From a virus (Duplodnaviria; Caudoviricetes), in the IMG/VR virus record IMGVR_UViG_3300021256_000078, positions 1 to 64,000 of that record: a stretch of DNA of 64,000 nucleotides. One strand, written 5' to 3'. A program made the position numbers and the translations under genes. The notes beneath the pieces were generated by a model. It was not told the DNA's origin, did no database searches, and saw nothing but the letters and a program-made list of their open reading frames with translations. Positions 28,709 through 38,302 of this stretch are shown here, one piece after another (the stretch's first letter is position 1; every line of letters begins with the position of its first letter).

Positions 28709-29375
28709 CGTCGGTTCCTTCTTGAATATCTTCAAGATGGGTATTCGCCGCGTCTCGATAATCATCGTCGGTCCATTCGTTACGAGCTTTCCACCGCAGA
28801 AATTCGTCAGTTTCCTCCAACTCAGCTTCGATTTCTCTTTGGTTAGATTTAATTTTCCAAATTGGACAATCAAGCATTTTATCCTCATACTTGAGGCCAT
28901 TCTTGCAATCCTCATAAGGGCACTCAAGGCACACCGTATCGCAAGCTTCATGAAGCGTCAGAGTGTACTCATCCTCTGTCGACATGTTTGCCAGATCTGT
29001 AATCTGAAAGCTTATTTCCTTCAATTTCTCAGAGCAGTGTTTGAATTGCTCATAGCTCTGAGAGTATCGCTCTTCGAAGGCCTTAAGCATTGAGGCATAT
29101 GATCTATGGATCTCGTCATATGATTTTGCCAGAGCATTTACCCCGGATTCAAAAGCATTGTTTAGTCTGTCTTCTCGGTCGAACACCTTTTTCAGAGCTT
29201 CAGTATGTTTCGGAAGCTGCTCACCGCAAAGATCGAGTGCCTGCTTGAGAACATCTTCTGTATCCTGAAGTGACTTGATCGTCGAAAGAAGATCATGAAC
29301 AACCCAGAATATGAGAAGTGTCAGAACAAGATTTGCAAGAAGCAGAGAAATGATGATTACTGTTGTTATGGGCAC
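28698..29375 (-). CDS. membrane-anchored coiled-coil protein with Cys cluster
   Basis: N-terminal TM helix, CxxxCxxCxxxxC. Confidence 0.7.
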   Translation of the reverse strand: MPITTVIIISLLLANLVLTLLIFWVVHDLLSTIKSLQDTEDVLKQALDLCGEQLPKHTEALKKVFDREDRLNNAFESGVNALAKSYDEIHRSYASMLKAFEERYSQSYEQFKHCSEKLKEISFQITDLANMSTEDEYTLTLHEACDTVCLECPYEDCKNGLKYEDKMLDCPIWKIKSNQREIEAELEETDEFLRWKARNEWTDDDYRDAANTHLEDIQEGTDDDK

Positions 29376-29391
29376 GATAGCATCTCCTTTT

Positions 29392-29667
29392 TTACCAGTT
29401 ATGTTTATTGAAATCGTCTATAGCATCAGCTAGCTCTTTTGCCTTTTTAGATAATCTTGTTTCAATTACGCGAAGATTCATAAGTTTTTTCTGAAAATTC
29501 TCATACTCAGTTCGTTGTATAGGATCTCCGAAAACGTCTTTTAAATATGCTTTATCTGCTCCTGCAAATTCCTTGAGTTTCTTACGGACTGCCGAAAGTT
29601 GCATATTAGTCGCATTAAGCTCATTCATCATAGCGTCATGGGCCATAGCTATTGTGAGATATGTCAT
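29392..29667 (-). CDS. hypothetical protein
   Basis: GAGGTG SD. Confidence 0.6.
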   Translation of the reverse strand: MTYLTIAMAHDAMMNELNATNMQLSAVRKKLKEFAGADKAYLKDVFGDPIQRTEYENFQKKLMNLRVIETRLSKKAKELADAIDDFNKHNW

Positions 29668-29817
29668 TTTCTTGTATCTTCACCTCTGGCCTTTTTATCG
29701 AACCATTTTTCAATATCACTTCGCTTGGTTCCTTTTGGCCAGCCAAAGAATTCCTCTATAATTCTTCCGGCAATATCAGTTGGAACCTCGTCCAGAAACT
29801 TGCGAACTCCATTGTAA

Positions 29818-30249
29818 TTAGTCATCTTCATTCTCCTTTTTACGATCGTCTCTGGTAGTTACCAGCTCTGTTCCACATTTCGGGCAATACAGAAAATCTT
29901 CATAGAATATCGCATAGATTCCTTTGCACTCCGGATTCGGACACACTCTGCGAACTTTGCAGTTATGCTTGAACTGTGTATGAAGATGATATTCCAGTTG
30001 CCGCATAAGACTGCAAGCTTCTTCAGTTGCAAGCCACGCTTCATCCGAGTCATCTTTGGTAATAATGTGACCAGGACGACAGATAGAACGTATTGTCAGA
30101 CGAATATTAGTCATGCAACGGAAAAAATTATCTTCTGTAAAAAGAACTTTTATGTTTTCGTTTCTGTTTCCATTCTGATCATAGATTTTTTCCCTCACAT
30201 GCATCATAAAAGTTTCAGAACTCACGATTTTCCTCCTTATATACATCAA
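29818..30249 (-). CDS. zinc-ribbon hypothetical protein
   Basis: CPNPEC...YCPKCG. Confidence 0.6.
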   Translation of the reverse strand: MMYIRRKIVSSETFMMHVREKIYDQNGNRNENIKVLFTEDNFFRCMTNIRLTIRSICRPGHIITKDDSDEAWLATEEACSLMRQLEYHLHTQFKHNCKVRRVCPNPECKGIYAIFYEDFLYCPKCGTELVTTRDDRKKENEDD

Positions 30250-30700
30250 ATTCTTGAAGAAGCCTTTTCTTATCTTCTTCTGTTAAATAAGCTGCATCAT
30301 CAATCGGCTGAATGCTCATACGATGACCACGGCTCTCAGCTTGAAACTCACGAGTTCTGGCAAGATCAGGAGGGGTACATATTAAATGTGCAACATTAAC
30401 GGTATTTAGTTGTTTTTCAAAAATATCCCAATTCTTAGCGCATTCCTCACCGAATATCTTCGTCCTTTGCTTCTTCATCAATTCCAGAAGACCACCGGGA
30501 TACATTTTGTTAAACCATTCGCAAATTTCGAAATCGTTAGTTCCTTTCGGAAACATCAGAAACGGTTCTTTAATGCAACGACAGACATCTTTCGAGGTAC
30601 TGCAGTATTCATCCCAATATTTTTCAAGAGACTCCGGCGATACGAGTATGGCTCCATCAGGTTTAATTACTTTCATTTCTGATTGTACAAATTCCGCCAT
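30215..30700 (-). CDS. hypothetical protein sharing a domain with 31379-31624
   Basis: E.FL...KGT...I..WF...YPGG. Confidence 0.7.
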   Translation of the reverse strand: MAEFVQSEMKVIKPDGAILVSPESLEKYWDEYCSTSKDVCRCIKEPFLMFPKGTNDFEICEWFNKMYPGGLLELMKKQRTKIFGEECAKNWDIFEKQLNTVNVAHLICTPPDLARTREFQAESRGHRMSIQPIDDAAYLTEEDKKRLLQEFDVYKEENREF

Positions 30701-31005
30701 TAAGTTTCCTCCATCGTAATAAACTTATAATTATCAGGCGTTCCGGAAACGTATACTGAGTTTATGTCAATGAACCCAACTAATTCTATATCTTTTTGAC
30801 CTTCCCACCAGTCAGACTCCCAGACCCAGTGGGGATCGGTCCAGTCTGGATCACCAGTTTCATAGATTAAGTATTCAACGCAAAGTTCTCCATTTATCCG
30901 TAAGGTAACTAAAAAACTGCTATAGTAATGTTCCTGGCACCATTCTTCGATTTCATCTGCAATAATATCATATGGTGTTTTAGATATTGATCCGAAATTA
31001 GCCAT
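30700..31005 (-). CDS. hypothetical protein flanked by a 28-bp direct repeat
   Basis: TAATG coupling on both ends. Confidence 0.7.
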   Translation of the reverse strand: MANFGSISKTPYDIIADEIEEWCQEHYYSSFLVTLRINGELCVEYLIYETGDPDWTDPHWVWESDWWEGQKDIELVGFIDINSVYVSGTPDNYKFITMEET

Positions 31006-31382
31006 TAAGTTTCCTCCATCGTAATAAATTCATATTGTGGAGCCTCGCCATCAAGCAAATATAACGCATATCGAAGACCATTACGAAAACCGACCATATA
31101 CTCGTCTGTTCCATTTGATGATTCGATCGCGAACTCAATTTTTGAATATAAACTGATCGGGTCGACAATTGATTCGGCAGTCTTTTCATCAGTAATTTCC
31201 AACTTGATGTCAAGAGCTTTGAGTATTTTCAGCGCTGCTTTTGTAGATCCTTTGCGCTTTCCGGTCTCAAGACGGCACACGGTAGCCGCTGAAGTATTCG
31301 ATATTTCGGCAAGTTCTCTACAAGAAAGCCCTTTACGAATTCGTTCTGTGTGAATAATGCTTCCGATTTCTTTTACTGTCAT
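31005..31382 (-). CDS. XRE-type HTH protein
   Basis: RIRKGLSCRELAEISNTSAATVCRLETG. Confidence 0.75.
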   Translation of the reverse strand: MTVKEIGSIIHTERIRKGLSCRELAEISNTSAATVCRLETGKRKGSTKAALKILKALDIKLEITDEKTAESIVDPISLYSKIEFAIESSNGTDEYMVGFRNGLRYALYLLDGEAPQYEFITMEET

Positions 31383-31624
31383 GTTTCCTCCAATCTCATC
31401 AATTTCACAACTCCACCAGGATACCTTTCATCAAACCAATGCCAAATATCCTCACGATTTGTTCCTTTCCGCCACCAGAGAAATGATTCCTGAATGATTC
31501 CATCGTCATCTACCGGAGTATTTCCGAATATATCCCAGAATCTTTCAAGTGTTTCAGCAGGATACATCAGTTCGACCGGTTCTTCGACTTCTCTCAAGTT
31601 TTTTACAAGCTTGTCATACATCAT
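31379..31624 (-). CDS. hypothetical protein
   Basis: coupled ORF, shared domain with 30215-30700. Confidence 0.7.
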   Translation of the reverse strand: MMYDKLVKNLREVEEPVELMYPAETLERFWDIFGNTPVDDDGIIQESFLWWRKGTNREDIWHWFDERYPGGVVKLMRLEET

Positions 31625-31978
31625 TTACCACCCTCTCCATGCTTGCATCCCATAATTGTATGGGTAGAATTGTGTTACAGGGACGTACTGCACAACTTGG
31701 GCGTACTGAGTAACCGGTCGCTGCATTTCTTTCAATGTGCGGTTATAGGTGGCAAGTTGTTCCTCGGTCAGCGTTGACAGTGTGTTGGCAAGTTTAGCTT
31801 TTATTTCTTGGTATTCCTTCTCTATTTTTGCTGCGCTTTTTCTTGCTTCTTCTGCCCTGAGTTTTGCCTCGAATAGTTTTATTTCATCCTTTGCTTTCAC
31901 GTGCGCAGCAATCGCTTGCACAATCACAAATGCCGTCACCGCGACGACAAGCGCAGCTATGGTCAATGTAGTATTCAT
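31625..31978 (-). CDS. membrane-anchored coiled-coil protein
   Basis: N-terminal TM helix. Confidence 0.65.
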   Translation of the reverse strand: MNTTLTIAALVVAVTAFVIVQAIAAHVKAKDEIKLFEAKLRAEEARKSAAKIEKEYQEIKAKLANTLSTLTEEQLATYNRTLKEMQRPVTQYAQVVQYVPVTQFYPYNYGMQAWRGW

Positions 31979-32343
31979 TATTTGTGATCCTCCATTAATG
32001 ATATTCTGTCATCTGAAAGTTTAGTCATCAGCTTTCCTCCAACGTAATCAGTTCCGCCCTTGCAGAGATTCATTAGGAGCTTGTGGTCATTTGGACCAAT
32101 CAATATGGTTTTGTCTTTGTTGTGTTTCATTCGCTCGAGGAATATTTCTTTATCATCAGGATCGTCTGAACAGTGATCGTAATAATCATCGTTCGGAATA
32201 AGATCATGGTAATAGTAAGCGCCTTCCTCCTGTGACTCCAAAAACCAGCTATCCGACTTCTCCCAGGAATTCATCGGATTTCTTGCACCTCTGATGGCTG
32301 CCTCCCAGCCGAATATCTGTACATTTTCAATTTTAATGCTCAT
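31978..32343 (-). pseudogene. probable truncated ThyX-related phage protein
   Basis: IKIENV..GWEAAIRG.RNPMNSWEKSDS...IGPND N-terminus recognised from memory; ORF ends about 20 aa after GGTD. Confidence 0.45.
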
Positions 32344-32620
32344 TTAATTCTACCTCCTGAATATAATAAAAAGATCCGAGAGTATAGTACCCTTCGAATA
32401 TTTGATCCCTGTTTCTATATGTTACTTGTTTTAGTTCGTCATCCCAGTCTTCTGCATCAAATTCCGCAAGTTCATAGAGCTTTTCTTTGGCCCTTTCTAT
32501 TGATGTCTCTGCGAAGTGCACTGCACTATGGCAACCAGAGTTAAGTTCATCTGCTGATACGTATGAATTCTCAGGATCCGTATAAAATCCCCAATCTTCA
32601 ACTACGAGAAATATTTTCAT
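32333..32620 (-). CDS. hypothetical protein
   Basis: coupled ORF. Confidence 0.65.
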   Translation of the reverse strand: MKIFLVVEDWGFYTDPENSYVSADELNSGCHSAVHFAETSIERAKEKLYELAEFDAEDWDDELKQVTYRNRDQIFEGYYTLGSFYYIQEVELNEH

Positions 32621-33409
32621 TTAGTTCTCCTTTAAAACACCATTTAGCCGATCTAAATCGACACTGAAACGATCGTAATCGCCAAATTCATCGTACGTTG
32701 TATAGCCTTTTACTTTAATTCCATGCTTATGGTACTTTTTAGTTACCAGTTTCCCTTTATACCAGATCCAGGACAGATGATCTCCATCAACATATGAGCG
32801 CCCTGAAATATCCATTTTCCCAGCGCAACCATCAATAGCCCCAATCCGAAGAAATGTTTTAATATCTTCAAGTTTCTTAAGATTCTCTTCGGTCATAATG
32901 CCATTACTCATAAGATAGTTGGTTATTGTTCCAATCCTATCATTCCATTCTCTAAAAACGACATTTGTATCGTAATATGCTTTAAGGCCATTATATAAGC
33001 AACCGAAATACCATTGCGCCGTATCCGGAGCTAAATTTTCTTTCAGTCGATCATCGCTTCTCCACCCCATGAAATAAGTGGTCTCGTATAAACAATCCTT
33101 CATTAATGAATATATTTTATTCGAAATGTCGGAGTGTTTATCGAGTTTTCCATAAAGTTTTGGAAGCTTTATGAATTCATCTCGGTTGCGCCATGTCTTC
33201 TCGTCTAATAGATCGTAGTCATAGAACGGACGATTAAGCCACCATCCGTACTCATAGATCTTATCTGCTGTTTTTACAACCAGAAAATCATCTCCATGAT
33301 CAGAATATAGTACTGCAGCAATAATATCTTCTGGCGCCTCGTCAACATCAGCTTTAAGCTTGATTCCGTCCCAATTGTAAATTGTGATTTCCTTAAAGTT
33401 TATGCTCAT
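32621..33409 (-). CDS. hypothetical protein
   Basis: AAGGAG SD before ATG 33409. Confidence 0.7.
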   Translation of the reverse strand: MSINFKEITIYNWDGIKLKADVDEAPEDIIAAVLYSDHGDDFLVVKTADKIYEYGWWLNRPFYDYDLLDEKTWRNRDEFIKLPKLYGKLDKHSDISNKIYSLMKDCLYETTYFMGWRSDDRLKENLAPDTAQWYFGCLYNGLKAYYDTNVVFREWNDRIGTITNYLMSNGIMTEENLKKLEDIKTFLRIGAIDGCAGKMDISGRSYVDGDHLSWIWYKGKLVTKKYHKHGIKVKGYTTYDEFGDYDRFSVDLDRLNGVLKEN

Positions 33410-33437
33410 ATTGTTCTCCTTTTTTATAAAAAAAATA

Positions 33438-33563
33438 AGAGAAGATGTCTTCAACTATTCCTCACTCGTCCTCACCTTGTTGCTAATGCGACGCGGCGAT
33501 TTTTTTTTGAATAGTTATCCAATTCCAACATCTTCTCTATTATAGAAACTGTTATTTTTGCGA
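33438..33563 (-). ncRNA. phage promoter (33540-33563) plus 101-nt rod-shaped RNA
   Basis: AGAGAAGATGT/ACATCTTCTCT and AACTATTC/GAATAGTT stems, U-tract, no ORF. Confidence 0.6.
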
Positions 33564-33577
33564 TTCTTTCGTGCAGA

Positions 33578-33838
33578 TCAATTGTAGTCTCCTTCCGCTC
33601 TGAGAAGCTCCACATCTAATTCCATCTCAGGATTTCTAACATATATTCTTTCATCCGGCAACATTTCTCTGGCTTTCATCAGAAGTTCTTTGCTGATGTA
33701 ATATTCCATTGTCTTATCATCAAGGGTATACAAGATTACTGGAGGCGTGCATACATTATCGTATACAATAAACTCCTTCTTGCCCCAGCTCATTTTGTCA
33801 TGGTTGTACTGATCTTCAGTAATTACAAATGGTTTCAT
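33578..33838 (-). CDS. hypothetical protein
   Basis: AAGGAG SD. Confidence 0.65.
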   Translation of the reverse strand: MKPFVITEDQYNHDKMSWGKKEFIVYDNVCTPPVILYTLDDKTMEYYISKELLMKAREMLPDERIYVRNPEMELDVELLRAEGDYN

Positions 33839-33852
33839 TTAGTTTCTCCTTT

Positions 33853-34050
33853 TCAAATATAATCCTTACAGATTCGGCAATCTAGACCCATCGCATCTAC
33901 TATTGCCACCATACTCTCTGGAAAAGTTCTTCCATCTCGAAAATCATTCCATGAGATAACGTCCATATAATAATCAGTATCGAGTTCGTACGGGTATGAT
34001 TTAATGAAATCGACAAATTCACCTCGACTTACTTTCTGCCAGTTTTTCAT
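33853..34050 (-). CDS. hypothetical protein
   Basis: start MKNWQK with GGGAG SD. Confidence 0.6.
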   Translation of the reverse strand: MKNWQKVSRGEFVDFIKSYPYELDTDYYMDVISWNDFRDGRTFPESMVAIVDAMGLDCRICKDYI

Positions 34051-34051
34051 A

Positions 34052-34324
34052 TTAATCTCCCTTCCAAAGCATGGGACTTCCGTCGGGATTAACCAGTACC
34101 GTGAAATTACCAGTATTATAGGTTCCACAAGATACAGCATACATGACTTTAGTATCACGATGATATACGATTCGATATGAGTCCATTCCGCTCCCTTCGA
34201 CGATAATAAACATCGAGACGGGTTTTTGCGGTTTCTCGTCTACTCGCTCAATTGGTGTACCGCAGCCAATTAGAAAGAACGCAAATATCACGCAGAGTAA
34301 TGCACAAATGATTCGTTTAATCAA
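34052..34324 (-). CDS. small phage lipoprotein
   Basis: LIGC lipobox; YHRDTKVMY...TVLVNPDG.P. Confidence 0.65.
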   Translation of the reverse strand: MIKRIICALLCVIFAFFLIGCGTPIERVDEKPQKPVSMFIIVEGSGMDSYRIVYHRDTKVMYAVSCGTYNTGNFTVLVNPDGSPMLWKGD

Positions 34325-34499
34325 TTGGTTCTCCTTTCCTATTTACCCAATCCAATGAACAAATATAACGAATTGACTCTACAGTACTGTATGAACATTT
34401 GTCGCAATGCCCATTGCATGTAGAATTTCGATTTAGACATCTAAATGACGTTTGAGGTATCCCATGTGCACAATGTTGACAGTTGTTCGAACAGGTCAT
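34317..34499 (-). CDS. Cys-rich small protein
   Basis: coupled ORF with two CxxxCxxC motifs. Confidence 0.5.
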   Translation of the reverse strand: MTCSNNCQHCAHGIPQTSFRCLNRNSTCNGHCDKCSYSTVESIRYICSLDWVNRKGEPID

Positions 34500-34963
34500 T
34501 CAGATTCTCCTTTCACGTTGCTTTCATCCACACCTTTAAACCCGCCATGCTTTTCGATGAGCTTCTCTACAATATCAACTGGAACATAGCCATAAACAGT
34601 GTTAATATAGTCATCGCCCTCAGCATATTCGTTGATAAGTTCGTCCTCTTCTGACGGATAGCCAAGTTCTACAGATTCGTACGGCGTGAAGCGATCGGTT
34701 TCGAAATTTCTTTGCGTTTTACTCGATGTCCACCAGCTGCCGTTAATAACCTGCCATCCATCTTCATTTTGCCACTGCGTATAACGAGGATCGCAATACA
34801 TGTATTCGCTTGCCTGCACAGATACAGAATATCCATCATTGCAGACAATCCTGGGTCTAACTTCTTGATAAAAAGGCTCTGGCCCTAAACTGATAATACT
34901 AATGGTTTCTTTAAGCCAATAATTCAGATCAAAGCTCATTATGATTCTTCTTTCAAATATCAT
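34496..34963 (-). CDS. hypothetical phage protein
   Basis: CNDG.SVSVQAS...VELGYPS...YGYVP. Confidence 0.7.
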   Translation of the reverse strand: MIFERRIIMSFDLNYWLKETISIISLGPEPFYQEVRPRIVCNDGYSVSVQASEYMYCDPRYTQWQNEDGWQVINGSWWTSSKTQRNFETDRFTPYESVELGYPSEEDELINEYAEGDDYINTVYGYVPVDIVEKLIEKHGGFKGVDESNVKGESE

Positions 34964-35267
34964 GCTCTAACAGTTCCCGTTCCCAGTCCTCAACTGGATG
35001 TGCATACAGTTTGACCATTTTCCCTGATGCCAGAGTGTCCAGCTCTCGCCATGGGAAAATATAAGTGCAGTCCATATACCAGTTATAGATTGTGTGACCT
35101 GTCTCGAAATTGTTCAGACAATAAGTCTCTCCGATAAAGTCACAGTTATTCCAGCTCAGCAGCTCTGAAAGATAGAGGACCTGGTCTTTCAGATAATCCT
35201 CCAGGTCCTCTTTCGGGATTCTCAGGTTGATGTTCCCATTCTTGAATTGTATGCACTTTTTGCTCAT
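34953..35267 (-). CDS. hypothetical protein
   Basis: ORF in operon. Confidence 0.6.
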   Translation of the reverse strand: MSKKCIQFKNGNINLRIPKEDLEDYLKDQVLYLSELLSWNNCDFIGETYCLNNFETGHTIYNWYMDCTYIFPWRELDTLASGKMVKLYAHPVEDWERELLEHDI

Positions 35268-35281
35268 TGTGCAGTTACCAT

Positions 35282-35833
35282 TCAGAGTAGCCTCTTCAGA
35301 AATTCCTTTTCGGCCAGAAGACGGAAATATAATTTCAGCTCCGGGATTCCTTCACAAATGATCGCAAGGCACTTATCATAATGCCATTTCGATAGTGTGT
35401 TCCCAGTTGGATGAATAAATTCCACCTCTTCGAAGTGCTTTGGATTCTCAGGCTCCTTGTTGGTTGCTGCCAGGATGTGATAGTCTGTTGAAAAGCTGAA
35501 ATTTTCAGTGACGTTCCGATACAGTTTCGGAAAATCAACGTCCTGGGCGATGCTCAGGATCCGGTTATATTGCCCATAGTCTGAGGAAGTACTCCCAATG
35601 CAGATCCAGCCGTCTTCAAACATACGGGACAATATGGCGATCAGCGTTGACTTTCCGCTTCTTGCCCCTCCGACCAGGGTTATCCATTTCGGCAGCCAGT
35701 GCATCATACCGAGTTCCATGTACTTGATGATGGTCTCGATTCGCTGTTTGCCGTCCGAACCATACAGGGTCAGGATCAGCTCATTCCATGCATCAATAGA
35801 TGCGTAATGACCGTTCATGTGTGTTCCCTCCAA
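35282..35833 (-). CDS. small P-loop NTPase (SF3-like)
   Basis: GGARSGKST Walker A, ATN. Confidence 0.6.
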   Translation of the reverse strand: MEGTHMNGHYASIDAWNELILTLYGSDGKQRIETIIKYMELGMMHWLPKWITLVGGARSGKSTLIAILSRMFEDGWICIGSTSSDYGQYNRILSIAQDVDFPKLYRNVTENFSFSTDYHILAATNKEPENPKHFEEVEFIHPTGNTLSKWHYDKCLAIICEGIPELKLYFRLLAEKEFLKRLL

Positions 35834-36562
35834 TCATTTCTCAAATTCCTTCCACATCATACTCGGCTGAATGCCGGAATTTTTCTGATACTTACCGCCA
35901 TCTTCGTATTTCATAATGTTCTTGTTGTCATCATCTGGAATCCAAATATCACAGTCAGGAGCAATCGTGTGATAATAGATTTGACAAATTTCCACCCCGG
36001 GATAAATTCTGATCGGCTGCACACAGCTGATTTCCAACGTCCAGTATCCACTGAACCCGATGTCCCCGAATCCAGCTGTCGAATGAACTGAGATGCCAAG
36101 CCGTCCAACTGAGGATCTCCCTTCCAACATAGGCACGAACTTATGGGTTTCGGTGTATTCCATGGTCCGTCCCAAATATAAGACCCCTGGCAAAAGCGTG
36201 TGGCCTTCTTTTGGGATCTTAAAGGAATAGGTCTCCATATTTTCTTTCATGTCAAGTACAATCGGATCGCTTAGACTGGAATATCTTTTGCGGTAAGATT
36301 CGAGAATCTGATAGTATTCTGTCTCGCTGACTCGCTTCTGTAGATATTCTTCATAAAGCTGTTTATGGGTCAAAATCGCATCCATAGACCGTACATAGTA
36401 TTTCCGTTCATCTAAGGATGGCAATGGATAACTGTATACTATCAGCTCATCCGCCAGTCTCAGATTGTAGCTGTTCGGATTGAGCCGTTTCTCATCCCAG
36501 TCCGAAATGCTGAGATAACCATGTTCTCTTGCCCATTTGATCTGGTTTCCGGTTAGAATCAC
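35834..36562 (-). CDS. dcd: dCTP deaminase
   Basis: PNSYNLRL, EGRSSVGRLG, AGFGDIGFSG..TLE, ICQ; extra insertion in the N-terminal half. Confidence 0.85.
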   Translation of the reverse strand: MILTGNQIKWAREHGYLSISDWDEKRLNPNSYNLRLADELIVYSYPLPSLDERKYYVRSMDAILTHKQLYEEYLQKRVSETEYYQILESYRKRYSSLSDPIVLDMKENMETYSFKIPKEGHTLLPGVLYLGRTMEYTETHKFVPMLEGRSSVGRLGISVHSTAGFGDIGFSGYWTLEISCVQPIRIYPGVEICQIYYHTIAPDCDIWIPDDDNKNIMKYEDGGKYQKNSGIQPSMMWKEFEK

Positions 36563-36804
36563 TCAAACTCTCCTCCAATCAGGCCTTCTTTGAGCCAGAA
36601 GTTGCCGATTCCCTGAATGTCCGACTGACTGAGTGAGATTTTTGGCGTTGTCGATATGGTTCCAGAACGATTCACATAATCGAACCAGATGAGGAATTCT
36701 TTTGGCGTTCCATCGCTGTCTCTCGTTATTTCACAAGTGCATCCTTTTGCCTCATAGGATTTTTTTCTGGTGTATTTTTCCTGAAGTTTCTCAAGTATTT
36801 TCAC
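36559..36804 (-). CDS. hypothetical protein
   Basis: coupled ORF. Confidence 0.55.
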   Translation of the reverse strand: MKILEKLQEKYTRKKSYEAKGCTCEITRDSDGTPKEFLIWFDYVNRSGTISTTPKISLSQSDIQGIGNFWLKEGLIGGEFE

Positions 36805-37013
36805 GATTTATTCTCCTTTTTATGTTCAATATGTTGTGCAAGCAGTTCTTTGAATAAGTCAGTGTAGTGTGATCCGGTAAATCCGCTGCCTTCCCCAAGA
36901 CCACGCCACGGTGACCAAATATCAGGTTCTGGTTCCGGATCGTAATACATCGTTACATCATCTGGCACCTTCCCGCTTGGCTCAAATGTATATCCTTCAA
37001 ATAGTTCGCTCAT
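36801..37013 (-). CDS. hypothetical protein
   Basis: coupled ORF with SD. Confidence 0.55.
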   Translation of the reverse strand: MSELFEGYTFEPSGKVPDDVTMYYDPEPEPDIWSPWRGLGEGSGFTGSHYTDLFKELLAQHIEHKKENKS

Positions 37014-37032
37014 CTAACCTTCTCCTCAGGAA

Positions 37033-37341
37033 TCATGAACCTTGACGCCTTGCCTTCGGCTTTACCGGATTCTGGTGAAGCTTTCTCTCTTCGGTCTGCT
37101 CCATGTAATAGACCGCATGAGCATAGGTGTCGCAATAAGGGCATTTGATGTACGGCAGGTCATCCATAACACCGCTTTTCGATGCCAGGAATTCACATCG
37201 CTTCTTAGTGACGGCAAACTCCTGTCCGCAGAACCAGCATCTGACCTTCGTACTAGCCGGCATCACCAGATGTTTGTTGTCTCCGCCGTACCGCATATCG
37301 ATTTCCATTGGGAACCTGACTTCTCCATGAGCTGATGTCAT
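37033..37341 (-). CDS. zinc-ribbon protein
   Basis: CWFC...CPYC. Confidence 0.6.
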   Translation of the reverse strand: MTSAHGEVRFPMEIDMRYGGDNKHLVMPASTKVRCWFCGQEFAVTKKRCEFLASKSGVMDDLPYIKCPYCDTYAHAVYYMEQTEERKLHQNPVKPKARRQGS

Positions 37342-37646
37342 CTGAATTTCCTCCTGCTTTTGTTCTTTTGTTCAATCACGACATCCGGGTTTTGGAAATA
37401 TAAATCCGAAAAATCCCGTTCAACGCTGCTGTTTCCACGGTTAAGATAGCGTCCGTGGATTCTCCAGTAGTTCCGATAAATACCGCGTTCCTCATCGAAA
37501 ACCCATTTTTCCGGATCCTGTGTGTCGAACATCATAACTTCGATCCGGTCCCTGACTTCCCGTCCTGTCTTTTTGTCGATGTACGGCCGATAGAAAATAT
37601 CACCGACTTCTACGGGGCACGCAACTTTCTGTGCATTAAGCGTCAT
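37338..37646 (-). CDS. hypothetical protein
   Basis: AGGAG SD. Confidence 0.65.
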   Translation of the reverse strand: MTLNAQKVACPVEVGDIFYRPYIDKKTGREVRDRIEVMMFDTQDPEKWVFDEERGIYRNYWRIHGRYLNRGNSSVERDFSDLYFQNPDVVIEQKNKSRRKFR

Positions 37647-37685
37647 TCTAAAGCTCCTCTATATAGAATTTCTGTTCCAAAAAAC

Positions 37686-37892
37686 TTATGAAATTCTCAC
37701 TTTTCCGTGAGCAATGCGTTCCCGGATCACGTCATCCAGAACCGTCTTGATGGTATACCGGTCCATTCCATTCGGTCTGAGTGTCCGTTCAAGAGCCCGA
37801 AGCTTTTCTTCGGCATCCTTTTTGTTCTGCTCACTCTTGTCTCCATGGTACCGAATAATGGCATCCGCCGCCTCTTTAAACAGTCTGTACAT
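37686..37892 (-). CDS. hypothetical protein
   Basis: AGGAGG SD before MYRLFK. Confidence 0.6.
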   Translation of the reverse strand: MYRLFKEAADAIIRYHGDKSEQNKKDAEEKLRALERTLRPNGMDRYTIKTVLDDVIRERIAHGKVRIS

Positions 37893-38067
37893 TATCGTTT
37901 CCCTCCTTTCTGATGTCCCTGAAGCTTTTCCAGCCAGATGGGTCTGGTAACCCGATAGATTTCCTTCGTTGCAAAGCAACCCTTTTCGAAGGTTGTCCAC
38001 TGACTGATGGGCCTGCTCTTGTAATTGCTGTAACGTTCCTCAACAATGTTGATGTATTCCTGACCTG

Positions 38068-38298
38068 TCATGAATTGTTCTCCTTTCCACTGAATGCTTT
38101 AATGAAAGCTTCTTCACCAATTGTTTCCATGTGCTTCTTACAATTCCTGCAAATATAACTGTTACGCCATTTGTAGAGTGTTACGTTCAACGCTCCGCAT
38201 CCGACACAGAAAACATGAGACCCTGCACGTCTGATCTTTTTCTGGTGCAGAATCTCATCAATCTGTTCTTGATAACCGATTTCGCCGACAGAACTCAT
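38068..38298 (-). CDS. zinc-finger small protein
   Basis: CVGC...CRNC. Confidence 0.6.
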   Translation of the reverse strand: MSSVGEIGYQEQIDEILHQKKIRRAGSHVFCVGCGALNVTLYKWRNSYICRNCKKHMETIGEEAFIKAFSGKENNS

Positions 38299-38302
38299 GG
38301 TA

